DNA of 64,000 nt from Oopsacas minuta (taxonomy: Eukaryota > Animalia > Porifera). Position 1 is the stretch's first letter, and each line of letters starts with the position of its first letter. The DNA lies in the NCBI GenBank assembly GCA_024704765.1, contig JAKMXF010000055.1, positions 194,353 to 258,352 of the forward strand, given 5' to 3'. Positions 37,326 to 50,545 of the stretch are shown in pieces. Made by a program: the position numbers and the translations under genes. The notes below the pieces were generated by a model, which made no database searches, was not told the origin of the DNA, and was given only the letters and a program-made list of their open reading frames with translations.

Positions 37326-38227
37326 CTATAATGAGGTAGTGTATTAAACATTAAGAAAGTCTCATGGTTTGTAATAGAGCACTGAATTTTTGTTACAGTT
37401 TGGTGATGTAAATCATGTATTTTGAATGCATATTAGTTTTTGGAAATCTTAGGGTAAATTTGTTACATGCAACAATGTTGGATTTCGGAAGCAACTTGGT
37501 TTGAAATATTAACTTGCGCGTATGATGCCTTCTTGCATTATCGTGTATGATGGGGAAAAAGGAATAGCTCCTCTTTACACTTTCATATACAGACAGCCAG
37601 ATACCCTGTTCCTGAAAGCATTTAAAGTCGTTTATTTACTAGGGTGAAATTTTAGTGCCACACTTAACAATATTCTGAGCCAAACGGGTTGAGTACTACA
37701 CTACACTACCCTACTCCCACACTATATCCTTGAATTTTCCCTCCATTACATCAAATACATATTACATATACTCCCTGATGGGTATTTTAGAGGCCTGGAT
37801 CGTCTGATTGAATTTCTATTTTTTGGCTCTATCAGACGCCTAGAGTCACAAACACAGGCAGTGTTCACCAGAAACAGAGTATTTGACCGTAATGTAGTGT
37901 GAATTCACTTTTCAACCTTAGCTACGTATAATCGGAAGCGCTGTATTTGTCAGAATTTCACAGTATACGTTCAGACAGATGCTTCTAATTGCTGATTATA
38001 TGTATTTTACTCACTGTTTGTACTCTTATGAAGAGATTTGCGTCGGATTAGTGTCAGCATTGGTCCTGGATTTTGTCGGATGTCTGACTACCTAATTATT
38101 TTTGGACTAATACATATCGGACAATTTCATACAGCATATAGCTGTCTGACAGATGAATACTACAGAAATTCTGACGAATGCAACTGGTTTGCCTGACAAT
38201 GCATGCGACTCGAATAAACAAACTTAC

Positions 38228-38542
38228 TTATCACAAATTTGAACATTATCAAAATTCCGATACATAGTGTCCAAGTAAACACAGCAAGCCATGTGTAGTG
38301 AAGTACAAAGGCTATGCTCATGCAAAAACCTCTATTGAATTTCCTTGTAGGTATGCCAAACAGGAATATTCCTGTAGCTAGCAGCATTGCAATACAGTAG
38401 TTGAAGTAAATTATGTTTGTCTCTACTCTGAAGAATGCTCTTCCGGCAATGCAAAATAGGATCAGTGAAATGATCAGAGATATGAAGGAGATAGAAATAA
38501 GAATGTAGCTGAAGACATCGAGTACAAGTATTGCTGTTCCAC
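38228..38542 (-). CDS. 7TM receptor exon (TM1-TM3)
   Basis: LDVFSYILISISFISLIISL, NIIYFNYCIAMLLA, FCMSIAFVLHYTWLAVFTW. Acceptor gtgatag| and donor |gtaagt, phase 1 at both ends (315 nt). Confidence 0.8.
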
Positions 38543-39281
38543 CTATCACATTGAGTAACGAAAGATATTTGTTAAAAATATTCACATGTTAATACTACTA
38601 CACATACATACACCTCAAGTAACCAGTCAAATACTGGTTAGATTAGAGTCCAGCTTTGCAACAAAATCGTATTACACTATTTAAATGTTTCGAATATTTC
38701 CGCGTATTTGAAAATATTGATTCTTTCCAATGTAGTTGTGATAATTTCCTGGTTTATACTATCATCATTTTATGACTATATTCTGCACTTGTTATAAGTA
38801 AGATAACGGTTGTTAAGTAAAATAGATTTACTATTGTTGTCCAAACATAATAAAAAGGCTTAAATAATTCAATTTTGTTCATTATATAGCACATTAAGAT
38901 TTAGACATACAATCGATTCTCGATAGTACGAACACAGATAAGATGTAATCGGTTTGTTAATAAATTTTCAATTCCCAGGATTTAACACTATGGGGATAGA
39001 TGTCAGGGGAGGCACATCATTTAAATATGTGGTGCCATGTATATTATAACTGACACTGTATAGATAGCTGAGCCTTTCTTAAATATGTAAATAAATGTCA
39101 AAATGTTATACCAAACAACTTGATGTAGTACTTTCATTCTAACCTTAAATGAAATTTAGGATTGACTAGATTGGTCCGATAATGTAGTACGGCGCTCTCC
39201 ATGCCTGCCACTACATGCAATTTGCTTGATACAAACAGGGTTAATCACGAATTATCTGATAATATGTCGTTAGGTACCTAC

Positions 39282-39584
39282 CAGGAAGACAAGTGATGTA
39301 GATATGTTCACTACTGAAGCAGGAATCAGGAGTATAGGGAGAATATGAACAATCGAGGAAAGCAGCTTCATTACCAACACAATCAACCAGGTTCAGCAAG
39401 TAGTTAGTGTTATCGTCGTAAAAACCGACAGCAGTAGATAAAGCATAACCATAACCTAATATATCACAAGTTACATTTGAATTTAGTTGTGTCCATCCAT
39501 CATCACATACATAACCCCATTCTCCATCATAGAATACCTGTAACACTCCGTTGTCTCCATTTGTTAGTCGTATTGCACCGTTTT
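39282..39584 (-). CDS. SRCR domain exon G (7th)
   Basis: IRLTNG..GVLQVFYDGEWGYVCDDGW...VTCDILGY...CVGNE..FLDC...C...EH...C; ag/gt borders, phase 1-1. Confidence 0.9.
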
Positions 39585-39710
39585 CTATGATATAATGTAA
39601 TAAACATTTGAAATAGCTTTTCCAAAGCATAATACATAGCATCTAATTATTACATACAAACATTTTAAAAATCTGTAATACACAAAGATATAATGAAGTC
39701 AATTATGTAC

Positions 39711-40021
39711 CTGATGCATAACAGGTGATCTGAACCACCTCCATACTTGAACATGTTTCTTCTATATTCACACACTCACAGAGTGAACTTTCTGAACCAC
39801 TACAGTTGAATTTGTATCCATATATTGGAAATCGTAATCAACATCACTTGATGAAATAGAGGTAAATCTCATAGCAGTAGTATTAGTATGTGATCTACAA
39901 ATGACATCAGCAGCTTGCTGTGTCATACCATCTGTACAGATATACTGCCATTGGTAATCTTGATAGAAGTAAGCTGTTTGAGAAATTGAAGCTACACTTT
40001 GTAAAAGAGATTCACAACCCT
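39711..40021 (-). pseudogene. SRCR-like exon F (6th), 1-nt frameshift relative to exon B
   Basis: About 98% identical to 47387-47698, but TATATTGGAAATCG replaces TATATTGGGAAATCG (311 vs 312 nt). Confidence 0.85.
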
Positions 40022-40830
40022 CTAAATATATGATACAAATAGTAAGAAAGGTAAATACTTATCATCCCATAAATTAAGGCAATGTTGCGCTTAAAATAGA
40101 TGGACCAGAAGACCAGGGATTGGTTACATATTTAAGGTATTTAGATCAGGAACCTAGAAATTTTATATCATGAATGTATAACATGTATTATTGATGCTAA
40201 CCGGTATCCCTACAATAATGCTCCAACTTACCCAAAATTAAATATGTTTTTAAGTAGATAAACGAAATGATGTAGATAAGATTGTTATAAAAGGATCAAT
40301 AATTTGTCTTCTATTGCCCAAATATTTTAAGCGCGCCATTTGCATTATTGTAAAGAATGCGCTGGCAGCAGTGATAAGATACAATCTATAAGATATATTA
40401 TTAATGTGAAATGTTGCCATTCTCACTAAAGCAAGATTCATTTATTTGAACACAATCTCTCATTCATTTTTACTGACTCACATTAAATTATCCTTGGAAA
40501 TTAGAAGTTATTACAGTAATTCAAAATATACTGAACACTATTGCGAGTATATAAGCTATCAATCATCCATCTCATTTCAAAACTAGCTAAATTCTACTGT
40601 TATATCTAAAACAACCTAACAGATAGATTTTTACAAAGTTTACAACTATGGTTCTTATTTCGTTTGTTTGCGTTTTTCTCAAGGCAATGAGTTATAGTAT
40701 GCTATAGCGAATCCAAATTATATATTGCCCATGTTCTAACACGTAGACGACTTATTGCGTTAAGAATTTACAGTAAACAAATTTGCCTAATCTGAAAAGT
40801 ACTTAGGGAACTGTTTTCAATGGTTATTAC

Positions 40831-41121
40831 CTGTTTCGCAAACGACTGCAACATGTTCAAAGGAAGAACAGTCTTCTGCAGTTTTATAGGTGCAATCATT
40901 GATGCGGAATTGATTGGTTCGACACATAACATCGTCAATTTTGTAATCAGAATTATCATAATAATGGCCAGTAGATGAAATTCTAGCTCGTCTCTGCCCG
41001 AGTTGTCTGCATACTGTATTAGCAGCTGTTTGATCCCAATAATCATCACACACATATCCCCAACCATCTATGTAAACTTCTAATAGCCCTGAATCATTAT
41101 TGATGCGAATATTACCATTTT
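40831..41121 (-). CDS. SRCR domain exon E (5th)
   Basis: GLLEVYIDGWGYVCDDYWDQTAANTVCRQLG; ag/gt borders, 291 nt, phase 1-1. Confidence 0.9.
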
Positions 41122-42416
41122 CTAAAAGATAAATAGGATTAATTAACACGGAATATAATATAGCAAATGTGGGGCAAGATGAAAGTTATGCCAGTATAGC
41201 TATCTATTGATTATTAGCCACATCTGAGGCGTAACTAGAAACACTAGAGAGAAAAAAGAGGCAAGGATAAATATTTGACTACAATATAGAGATATGGAGA
41301 GGCGTAGAAAAGAGAGGAGGCAATTGCTTCATTTGCTTCAATGATAGTTACGCCAATGCAGATATAATGTATCAATAAATATGTTGTCGATGGTAAAAAT
41401 ATGGATTGTAACCAACAAATCACGATGGGATGGCAGAGCATGAAAGGAGCTCGCTCATATTTTGAGGAGATGGACCTCCATATATGAACCAGGAGTGGAA
41501 GGTAGAGCGGGACTCCATTTTTTGAGGAGCGTACATATCGGAGCATGCTCCTATTTGAGTATAATCAATGTATATATTAGATAATTATTCTGCATAAAAT
41601 TCAATATTTTTGCTGTTGGTTGGACACTACATAATTCACATAACATGCGTATTTTTTGAAATGGTTGGACGTTGCACATTAGCTTAGCTATTTCCAGATT
41701 GTACAATGGTCTAATGCAATCCTGATTGGTTAGATACAAATTTAAAATAATTCTGAAAGAATGAAATGGAGCACCGCTCCATTTTAAGGCCAGGAGCGCG
41801 AAGCGAGAATGCGCTCCAAAAAATACTGAGGTTGTAATTTGTGATGTTAGGAAAATACATATGTAAACGGTAAACCCATAAACATTAGTAGTCAAGGCTG
41901 TTAGCACACAAAAAATGGAAAATTTTGCACATTGTGATAAAAGCATAAACTTCTCAAACTGATATATGGCAACATAGAGGACAATTTAATTGGGTCTTTG
42001 GATTAGATATCTACTTGCTGAATTGGATTTTGATCAGATTAGTTAAGAATATTAATTATAATTGATTTCGGGTATGATAGTTCTACCTGAGCTTTGGCAC
42101 CCTGACCACTTAATGCGTTGGAGGCCATTATTGTTCTACCCCTGACAAGTTATGGTCAACATTACTACGCTAATTCTCAGCATTTCGGTATGTGAGTGTG
42201 CGATAATTTCAAAATGTGACAATTAAGTCATATTTTCGTCAGATGTGAATTTGTTCCCAAGACCCCTAACAGTCCCAGCCAGGCCAGAAATACCCCTGCA
42301 GCATGCAGTACATAAGTAAGGCTTGAGGATCTTCCAGTTTCTTCTATCGATTATGACCATAGAAATATAATATTAACACATACGTACAAACAAATATACC
42401 GTTTTTAATAGCTTAC

Positions 42417-42722
42417 CTTGAGGAGAGCACTCGACATATACAATAGCACCACTAAGACATGGTTGCAACATTTTTGAGCATTCACATAAAGAATCTTCAT
42501 ATCCTTTACATTGGAATGTAGCAGGATATATTTCACTGGTTCCGTTGTAGATGGAGGAAGATATAGATGTCAAATTTGTACCAGTGTTTTCGCGACAAAC
42601 AACTTCGCCTTCTGCTGTAGTAAATTCATCAGCACAAACTTTAAATATCTTTGTACCATTGTTATATTCTAATTCACTGAGCCCGAGTTCAGCACTCTTC
42701 AAAATTGATTCACATTGATTGT
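42417..42722 (-). CDS. Divergent SRCR-like exon D (4th)
   Basis: NQCESILKS...VCADEFTTAEGEVVCRE...FQCKGYEDSLCEC; B-type domain; 306 nt, phase 1-1. Confidence 0.8.
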
Positions 42723-43389
42723 CTGTAGAATATATACAATCGGTAAAATATTTCTAAAATGTCCAGCCTACAAACTAGACTGGTAGTGTAGCTCAGGATT
42801 ATTTGTTTTTGTTCTTTTCGGGGCACGGTCCCCCTGACACCCCGTGTAGATGCCTCAATGCACCAGACCCAGACTGATTTTGGGCTCCTGGACCTTAAAA
42901 TATTTCAGGATAGTAAATATTATTAGTTCCTTACTGTATTTCATGTTTTGTCGTCAAATTCTATAGCTAAGATTCCGAAAAATTATCCTGCAATTAGCCC
43001 CTGTCAAACTTTTGAAACGGAATCTCTAACATTAATTTGAAATATGTGCAAACATTGGAATCTATATGCTCGATTACCCCTGACAAAGAATAGAAGCGAA
43101 ATTTTTAGCATCATTTCAAAAAATACAAAAGGTGCAAAGTTGTGGATATAAGATTAAACATATGATAAATAATGTAGATATAGATTGCAATTCTCAAAAT
43201 TGTAATCTACATACTCGATTACACCTAACTAGCAACTAAAATGAAATCTCTAGCACATAGGCTATTCTAAGGAAATTTTAAACTGCACAATTTCTAAATT
43301 TAGAGACTTGATAGTTACTTTTGTATGACCGAAAATAAAAATTCTCCTAAATAAATAATCAACAATCCAACTAGGTAACAAAACATCAG

Positions 43390-45560
43390 AAACAAATTTT
43401 TCTGAATATGTAGTTGTCTTAGTTTCTTAATAAGCTTCTTTGAATATTGAAGCAAACCAGCGTTGTTCTATACTCTTTTTTGGAAGTATATCTCGACGTT
43501 CTTTATCATTTAACAAGCCAATACACAAGGACGAGGATCAAACTAGAATAAATGGTATGTGTCTAATGTATAAATAATTCTTCGTTATGTTAGAACGATC
43601 TTCAGGCTTGTATAACATCGTAAGATTGTATCAGCCTTCAACATCAGCTGAATGTGGTTTTGCTGCCACAATCCGTGCAAATGCGGTTACTAGTTTTTTT
43701 GTGATCCGCTAATAATCCAGATTGAATTATGGATTTTATAATTTCAATTGATGCCATATTTACGTGACCAAATGCATCACAAGCATTTCTGTATTGCAAT
43801 GCAAAAGATGCAAGGTCTGATTCTTGAATAATAATCTCATAGCAGTTTTTTAATTCATTGAATTTTTTTCAATGAGTATAGTTGTTTTACTCTTTTTAAG
43901 TCAAGACTGTATCTTTCCTCTAAAAATGTAGAAAAGATTCGATAAATTCAAAACGAATTGCAGAGAAATCCCTTTTCACTGAGACCAGAGTATGATTTGT
44001 TCTCTTTTGCTTATCTATTAACTTCACACCAAAGACAGTAATGCTTCTTGGTTGTAGTTTTCATTGAAGATATTCCCAACCTCCTAATAAAAATGTAAAC
44101 TTCATTTTGTAAGTTGTTCTATCAAATTAAAACCTTAGGATCCCAGTCAAAATATGGTTATCTTAAATAGCTTTTGAGATCTAAAAAATCTGTAGATCAG
44201 CAACACAACACATTGTTCGAAATTTTGTCCTATCTGTCAAGAATATTATGTGACCCTGAGCTTATCTATCTTCTGTGTACTGGAAATATTTTAAAATAGC
44301 TTGCAAAGAAAATACTGAACAAACTATAGGAAAATTCGGACCATCGAACTTCAAAATATTTCAGAATGTGTTTTAGTTTCAAAATGAAATCATGGCAGGA
44401 TGCTATTTTTCTAGCTCTTTAGTTCTAATAGCAGATGTATGGAAAAATGTTGACAACCCACAGGCATCACAAATTAGTAAATTTACTTCTTTACTGTTTT
44501 TGACCATTTTCCAAATGCAAGGTCTGACCTATGGACAGTGAACCATATTTTCATCCATGGAAGAGTTGGATTTGAGATAGAATCTGGACGTTCATCTTGT
44601 AATGTTTTCACAAGCTATTGTGTTCTCCAATATTCATACTTTCAGCATCAGTTACAATACATTTAATGTTATAATACAGCTCTTTTCAAGTGATTGTAAA
44701 AAAGATACTGCTTCCTTGACTACAGATACATAACCCACTATTTTTAAATATTCAAATATTTTAGTGGTCATTTTGAAGTTTAATACTGAACCACTTCGAA
44801 ATTTCTTTAGAACTTCAATATCTGGGGTAAAGCAAACCCAGTGGGTCAAAGTAGCCCCATTTTATGGTACTTATTATCCAATCGGAAACGATTTACTTAA
44901 TCATCAATTCCCATGAAACTTCCAATGCAGATTTGGTTTTGAGTAACAACTTAGTTTGTGTCCAGAAACAATATATAACAATTAATCAGCATGTTGCATT
45001 GGTGTTACATAGGAGAAAATGCCTTATGATGGGTTATAGGTAACATGGGGAGATCCCATATCAAGTTAATTACTCGTAGTATTTGAGATATGAATACATG
45101 GACATGACCATGCAGATATTGTTCCTCGTTTACAATTGTTGAACACTATTATAGACCACCAATTCTATTGCAAAGAGCTGCGTTTTGATTTGAAGTATAC
45201 ATCCCGAATTCTGTTTTTGTCGTTTTTCAACATTAGACATTTTTGAAATATTTTCAGCACTGCATGATTTTTGATGAATTTCAGACAAAAGATGTTCTTG
45301 TGGTTGTACAAAGTCGCATTATGGTTACATTAGCTGTACAAATTGCTGGAATTTTGTCTCGGTATGACATTGTTTTTGCCATAGTATCATTTAACATAAA
45401 ACATTGTTCACATCTGTACTTTAATCTGCCTGATTTGGAGACATTTACAATACACTTATTAGTTTTGAGAATGGATTTGATAGAATTATTTTTCTTGGTG
45501 GTACCAGTTTCAAAAATAAATTCCTGAGAATTCTCGCTACATTTTGGTATATCATAGCCC
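43390..45560 (-). pseudogene. Second hAT-like transposase remnant, inside an SRCR-receptor intron
   Basis: Minus-strand fragments WFTVHRSDLAF (CxxH-like) and ARIVAAKPHSADVE (C-terminal hAT-like motif); heavily interrupted. Confidence 0.55.
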
Positions 45561-46936
45561 AGTCGGGTCTACAGTTTCTTCTCCCGGTAGAGTTGTTATT
45601 TTAGAAAAAATGAATTAAGTTTCCTTGTAGGCTTTCTGAAACAGTGGCTGTTCGTATCTTCAGTTAGCTTTCGTTTTGACATGGCATTATGCTAATTACT
45701 ACAAATAATGTTATTAACAAATAGCTGAGACAATTTAAATTCACCAAATATAAAGGGTTAGGGTTAGCAAGAAAATAAACACGGCTCAGAGCATTAATCT
45801 AACTTAACAAAGAAGCTCAGCTTAAAGGATAATCCACTAATTTAAAAATACAGATATTAGAAATAAATAATTCACACTTGAATTTTAAAGGCAGATAAAA
45901 TGTCTATAAATACACGCTATAATAGCCTGTGCCCCATTGTTTTTATCGTCATGATTGTATTAAAATCAACAATATGTATTATGATATACAATTGTTATAA
46001 GAAATTTACTCTAATTCCAAGGTTTATAATAGAGTTTCGTACTAAAACAATGGCGAGAATTCGGAACTTCGAAGTGGCCGTTATTCTGAAATAATTAATG
46101 TTAATGTCTATAGGGATTCAAATGGGATTTTTAACAGAGCAGGAATATCGGGGTGGCCGCTGTTCCGGGGTGACCGTTAAGCTAGGTTCCACTGTACAAG
46201 GATAGATTTAGTTTCAAACTTCAAGGGGAGGTTATCATGAAGCTGACTGCTTATACCCCCTCTGTGGTGTGGCTAGATGTAACACTGTATTAACAAATAC
46301 CAAACGACGCCCCAGATAATATATTCCTACTCGATTATGAGATATCAATAAGTACACGATGAACCCAAGTTCCAGGACTCGAGCTGATAGCCTCCCGCCC
46401 ATTTTTAATTTGTCTTTATCATAGGCTTCAATTCTCACAAAGGGGAGGGTATTTCCCCACCACTTAAATATAGTTGGCGAATCCCCCAATGGATTATTGG
46501 TTCATAGTTTGGCTTCAAATAACAGACTCTTTGGGTGAGGTATTTCTTCATTAAATATTGTACTGGAGCTATTTATTTAATAAAATATCAAGCATTAATA
46601 AAAGTAACACTGTGTAAGATAAAAACTAGCTTAATTAAGATACACGAGAATGAGGCATTTAGGTAAGATGGATTAGCTATTTGATATTGCAAAAATTATC
46701 ACGATATTTTGGGAAAAATAGTGGAAATATCAGAAGATTAGCCGATAATTTCCTATATTACTCGTTATTTTCCGAAATTTTCCGAAATTTCCTGATATTT
46801 TTGATATCCCCAATACTTCTGACATTGTTAGATATTTTCGGTAAACCTAAAAAATATCGAAGTAAACATGTACTAGTACTCTAGCACATTATAATTGATC
46901 AAACCATATAGTAAAAGATGTAGAAAATAAACTTAC

Positions 46937-47239
46937 TAGGACGACAATTGATGTAGACATGTTCATTACTCGAGCAGTAGCCAGGAATATAGATAGAATA
47001 TACACAATCGAGGAAAGATGTTACACCACTAAAACAACGAATCAAGTTGAGTAAGTAGGTAGTATCGTTAATGTAGTAACTAGTATAGCTTGTTATAACT
47101 CCCTCATAACCTAATATCTTACAAATTTCGTTAGCAGTTGAGTCTGTCCATCCATCATCACATATATAACCCCATTTTCCGTTATATAATACTTGTAATA
47201 AACCGTTGTCTTCATTCGTCAGTCGTATTGCACCGTTTT
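46937..47239 (-). CDS. SRCR domain exon C (3rd)
   Basis: GLLQVLYNGKWGYICDDGW...ICKILGY; 303 nt, phase 1-1; 56/101 aa identical to exon G. Confidence 0.9.
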
Positions 47240-47386
47240 CTATAAAATGATTCAATAAAATCTCCTTCACTATGGATAAAGGCATTCAATTTCAAACTCG
47301 CGATTACACAACATGACAGAGTATATTTGAATAATGATCAAATTAGGCAAAACACATAGACAGAAATAATGAAGTCAATTATGTAC

Positions 47387-47698
47387 CTGATGCATAACAG
47401 GTGATCTGAACCACCTCCATACTTGAACATGTTTCTTCTATATTCACACACTCACAGAGTGAACTTTCTGAACCACTACAGTTGAATTTGTATCCATATA
47501 TTGGGAAATCGTAATCAGCATCACTTGATGAAATAGAGGTGAAGCTCATAGCAGTAGTATTAGTATGTGATCTACAAATGACATCAGCAGCTTGCTGTGT
47601 CATACTATCTGTACAGATATACTGCCATTGGTAATCTTGATAGAAGTAGGCCGTTTGAGAAATTGAAGCTACACTTTGTAAAAGAGATTCACAACCCT
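47387..47698 (-). CDS. Divergent SRCR-like exon B (2nd)
   Basis: EGCESLL...QWQYICTDSMTQQAADVICRS...FNCSGSESSLCEC; 312 nt, phase 1-1. Confidence 0.85.
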
Positions 47699-47765
47699 CT
47701 AAATATATGATATAAATAGTAAAGTAGAGAAGTTACGATAAATAAAGAACTATAATACTAGTTAC

Positions 47766-48056
47766 CTAGCTCACAGATTACTTCAACATGTTCATCTTTA
47801 GCGCAGTCCTCAGTAGTTTCATATTCGCATTCGTTGATGTAAAATTGATTGTTTGGACAGAAAACATCATCAATTTTAAAATCATCAGAATCAGCTATTA
47901 TACTAGTTGAGTAATTTTGAGCTCGTCTATGTCCAAGTTGTCTGCATACAGTGTTAGAATCTGCTTGACTCCAAAAGTCATCACACACATACCCCCAACT
48001 ATCAGTAAACACTTCCAACAATTTTGTTCCAGAAATGATGCGGACATCGCCAGACT
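47766..48056 (-). CDS. SRCR domain exon A (most 5' exon found; signal-peptide exon not located)
   Basis: LLEVFTDSWGYVCDDFWSQADSNTVCRQLG; 291 nt, phase 1-1; 56/97 aa identical to exon E. Confidence 0.9.
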
Positions 48057-49099
48057 CTAAAGTGAGAAGGGCAGATTAACCCATGGGCAAATAGAGGCCA
48101 TTGCCTGGAGCAACCTCCACTAAAATATAATTTGTTTAAAGTTGTTTGTTTCAAAAAATAAATGAATGTTTCTAATAAGCTTTAATACTTTGCTGTGTGC
48201 CATCTGCTTTGCTATCTACAGAAATAGTGTAGTAAAAAAACCTAGGTGTCAACCGGATAGTTCAATATTCAGTTCAACTGAAATTATTTGGCGAATAGTT
48301 CAAAACTCGGTTGCAAACCGAATATCAGTATTCGGTATTCGGTTAGATGATTTAGTACAATTCATGAGCGGTTTCAACCTTGCAACAAACAAAGTATGTA
48401 GAATCAAATTTCGCGTTTCAAGTTTCTAAACTGAAAATTTATTGTTGTTTTGAAGAAAAAATAATCGAGGTACATGTGCAGAGCTCCACACAAACAGGAT
48501 TTGTGGGCAAGCGAATAGCGCTCATATTTTCTAGAATCTAGAATTTAATGAACCTGATCGTGGGCATATAAAATAGGTATACGACAATAGGATTGTATAG
48601 TATATAAAATCCATCGTATGCACCTTTGTTGGATGCCATACAACCTTCGTACTGCCGGGAACTTAGTAATATAGGACTTACAACTGACATGTTTTTCATA
48701 GCACCATGGATGGCGAGTAGATGGCTATATTTTCAAAAGATGGTCCAAACAGGTTAAATATTGAAATTATGCCCCACAAATGTTCTACCAACATATAAAT
48801 ACGGTAACCCGCGAATAGGCGCAAACACATAATTTTTGTAGTGAGCTAAATTTCAAAAATAGACAATTTTCAAATAAGGAAAATTTAGAACAAATGTTAG
48901 CCCTGTTGAAAGACAATTTACTTACCATGACGGTTCACTTACCTCTCTATTGTTTCTATCCACTATGGCTTCACAATTTATACTTCATGTTACACATCTA
49001 CTATTGGATTTAGTTAGGCAGCTTACCTACTTTATGTGAACATCCCGGATAAAAGCACCAAACTATGTTACCCCATGACCATATATCCTGACTTTTCAT

Positions 49100-50545
49100 A
49101 GGAACCACTTCCAGCAGATACATTTCGATCCCTTCTTACCTTTTTAGATAGTGGATGGCAGCTATTTCGCGGATATATCCCCAAGCGATAACCTCTTCAA
49201 ATTAAGCAAACCTTCGGGTACCACCTAGGGGAGGCAGACGTTGGAATATTATTAGGGCAATCAACAACCAGATCAGCGAGGAATCTGACCAATGTTACCC
49301 AAACAGGACAAATAGAGCTAGACGATCGCGTACAGACCCCCTATTAGTAATGGATGCCCTAGTCACCCGTGTAACTGGAAAGCTGGTGGATGGAGATTAC
49401 AGAGGGGCAGTCCGTTTAGCACGCTCACAAGATTCTAAAGATACCCTTATCCCACCAGCCCTTCCGATGTTGTTTCATCAATATGTGTCACTGAAGCCCA
49501 AGTAGAGCCCAGGCGATTCAATCATTCCCTAATGGGTCTGCAGCTGGTCCAGATGGCTTGCGTCCCCAACATCTAAAAGACCTGACACTAGTCTCAGCTG
49601 GGTCAGCCGGATCGCAGCTTCTCAAAGCTCTAACATCACTGACTAATCTGATCCTAAATTATTATACTCCTAAACCATTCGCCCTCTATTTTTCGGGGCT
49701 AATTTATTTGCCTTGGAAATACCGGATGGTGGGGTAAGGCCAATTGCAGTCGGTTGTACCATTCATCGCTTATCAGCCAAACTTGCTGTTAAAAATGTGA
49801 TTTCTGCCATGGCCCCACTCCTTGCAGCACAACAATTGGGGTTTTGTTCTCTGCAAGGGCCGAGGCAACAGTACATGCAGCTCACAGTTTTCTCCAAGAT
49901 ATGCAGGACACACATATCCTTATGAAGTTGGACTCAGGAATGCCTTTAATAGCATCCGTCGTGACAAAATGTTGACGGTAGTAATTGATAAAGCCCCAAG
50001 CATCTTCCATTCATATACTTTAACCACCCTGAATCATCCCATCTATCCTGGGGAGACAACTGTCGGTAATCCGCAGGAGTGCAACAGGGGACCCCTTTGT
50101 ACCGTTCTCATTTATGCCATCACTGAGGCACAGAATTTGACTAACATTCTACCCAGTCTCCCTTATACCTTGGCAATCCGGGAAATCCTTGTTTGGGATG
50201 TCATATGTCCCGATACCTTTGCTCGCTCCCACAGAGCAGAAGCAGTCAAGGGACTCGGTTTTGTGGCAACCAAAGCTGAAACCACCAAAAAATCAAACTA
50301 CTGACACCTTCTCTCGACACATTTCTTCTTACCAGTTGCAATCGAAACGCTCGGGTGCTTTGGTCTCGAAACCGCCACCCTCATTAAAGACCTGGGTAGG
50401 AAATTGAAGCTGGAGTCTAAGGATAGCAAGTCATATACTTATCTAGTCCAACTTCTGTCAGTGGCTGTATAAAGGGGAAATGCTGCTCGGGTCTTAGGTA
50501 CAATAAATATTCCAGTGGAAGAGAAAGACGATCTCTTCTTCTAGT
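49100..50545 (+). mobile_element. CRE-clade non-LTR retrotransposon remnant (RT start plus RLE endonuclease), internally deleted
   Basis: KLVDGDYRGAVRLA, FPNGSAAGPDGLRPQHLKDL, DGGVRPIAVGC, GVQQG.PL, then LVWDVICPDTFA...AE..KKSNY and GNAARVLGT. YLDD region missing. Confidence 0.75.

Noticed and set aside
38590-38900. Possible GPS/GAIN exon upstream of TM1
   Set aside because: All minus-strand frames contain stops and lack the Cys/Trp/HLT GPS pattern.
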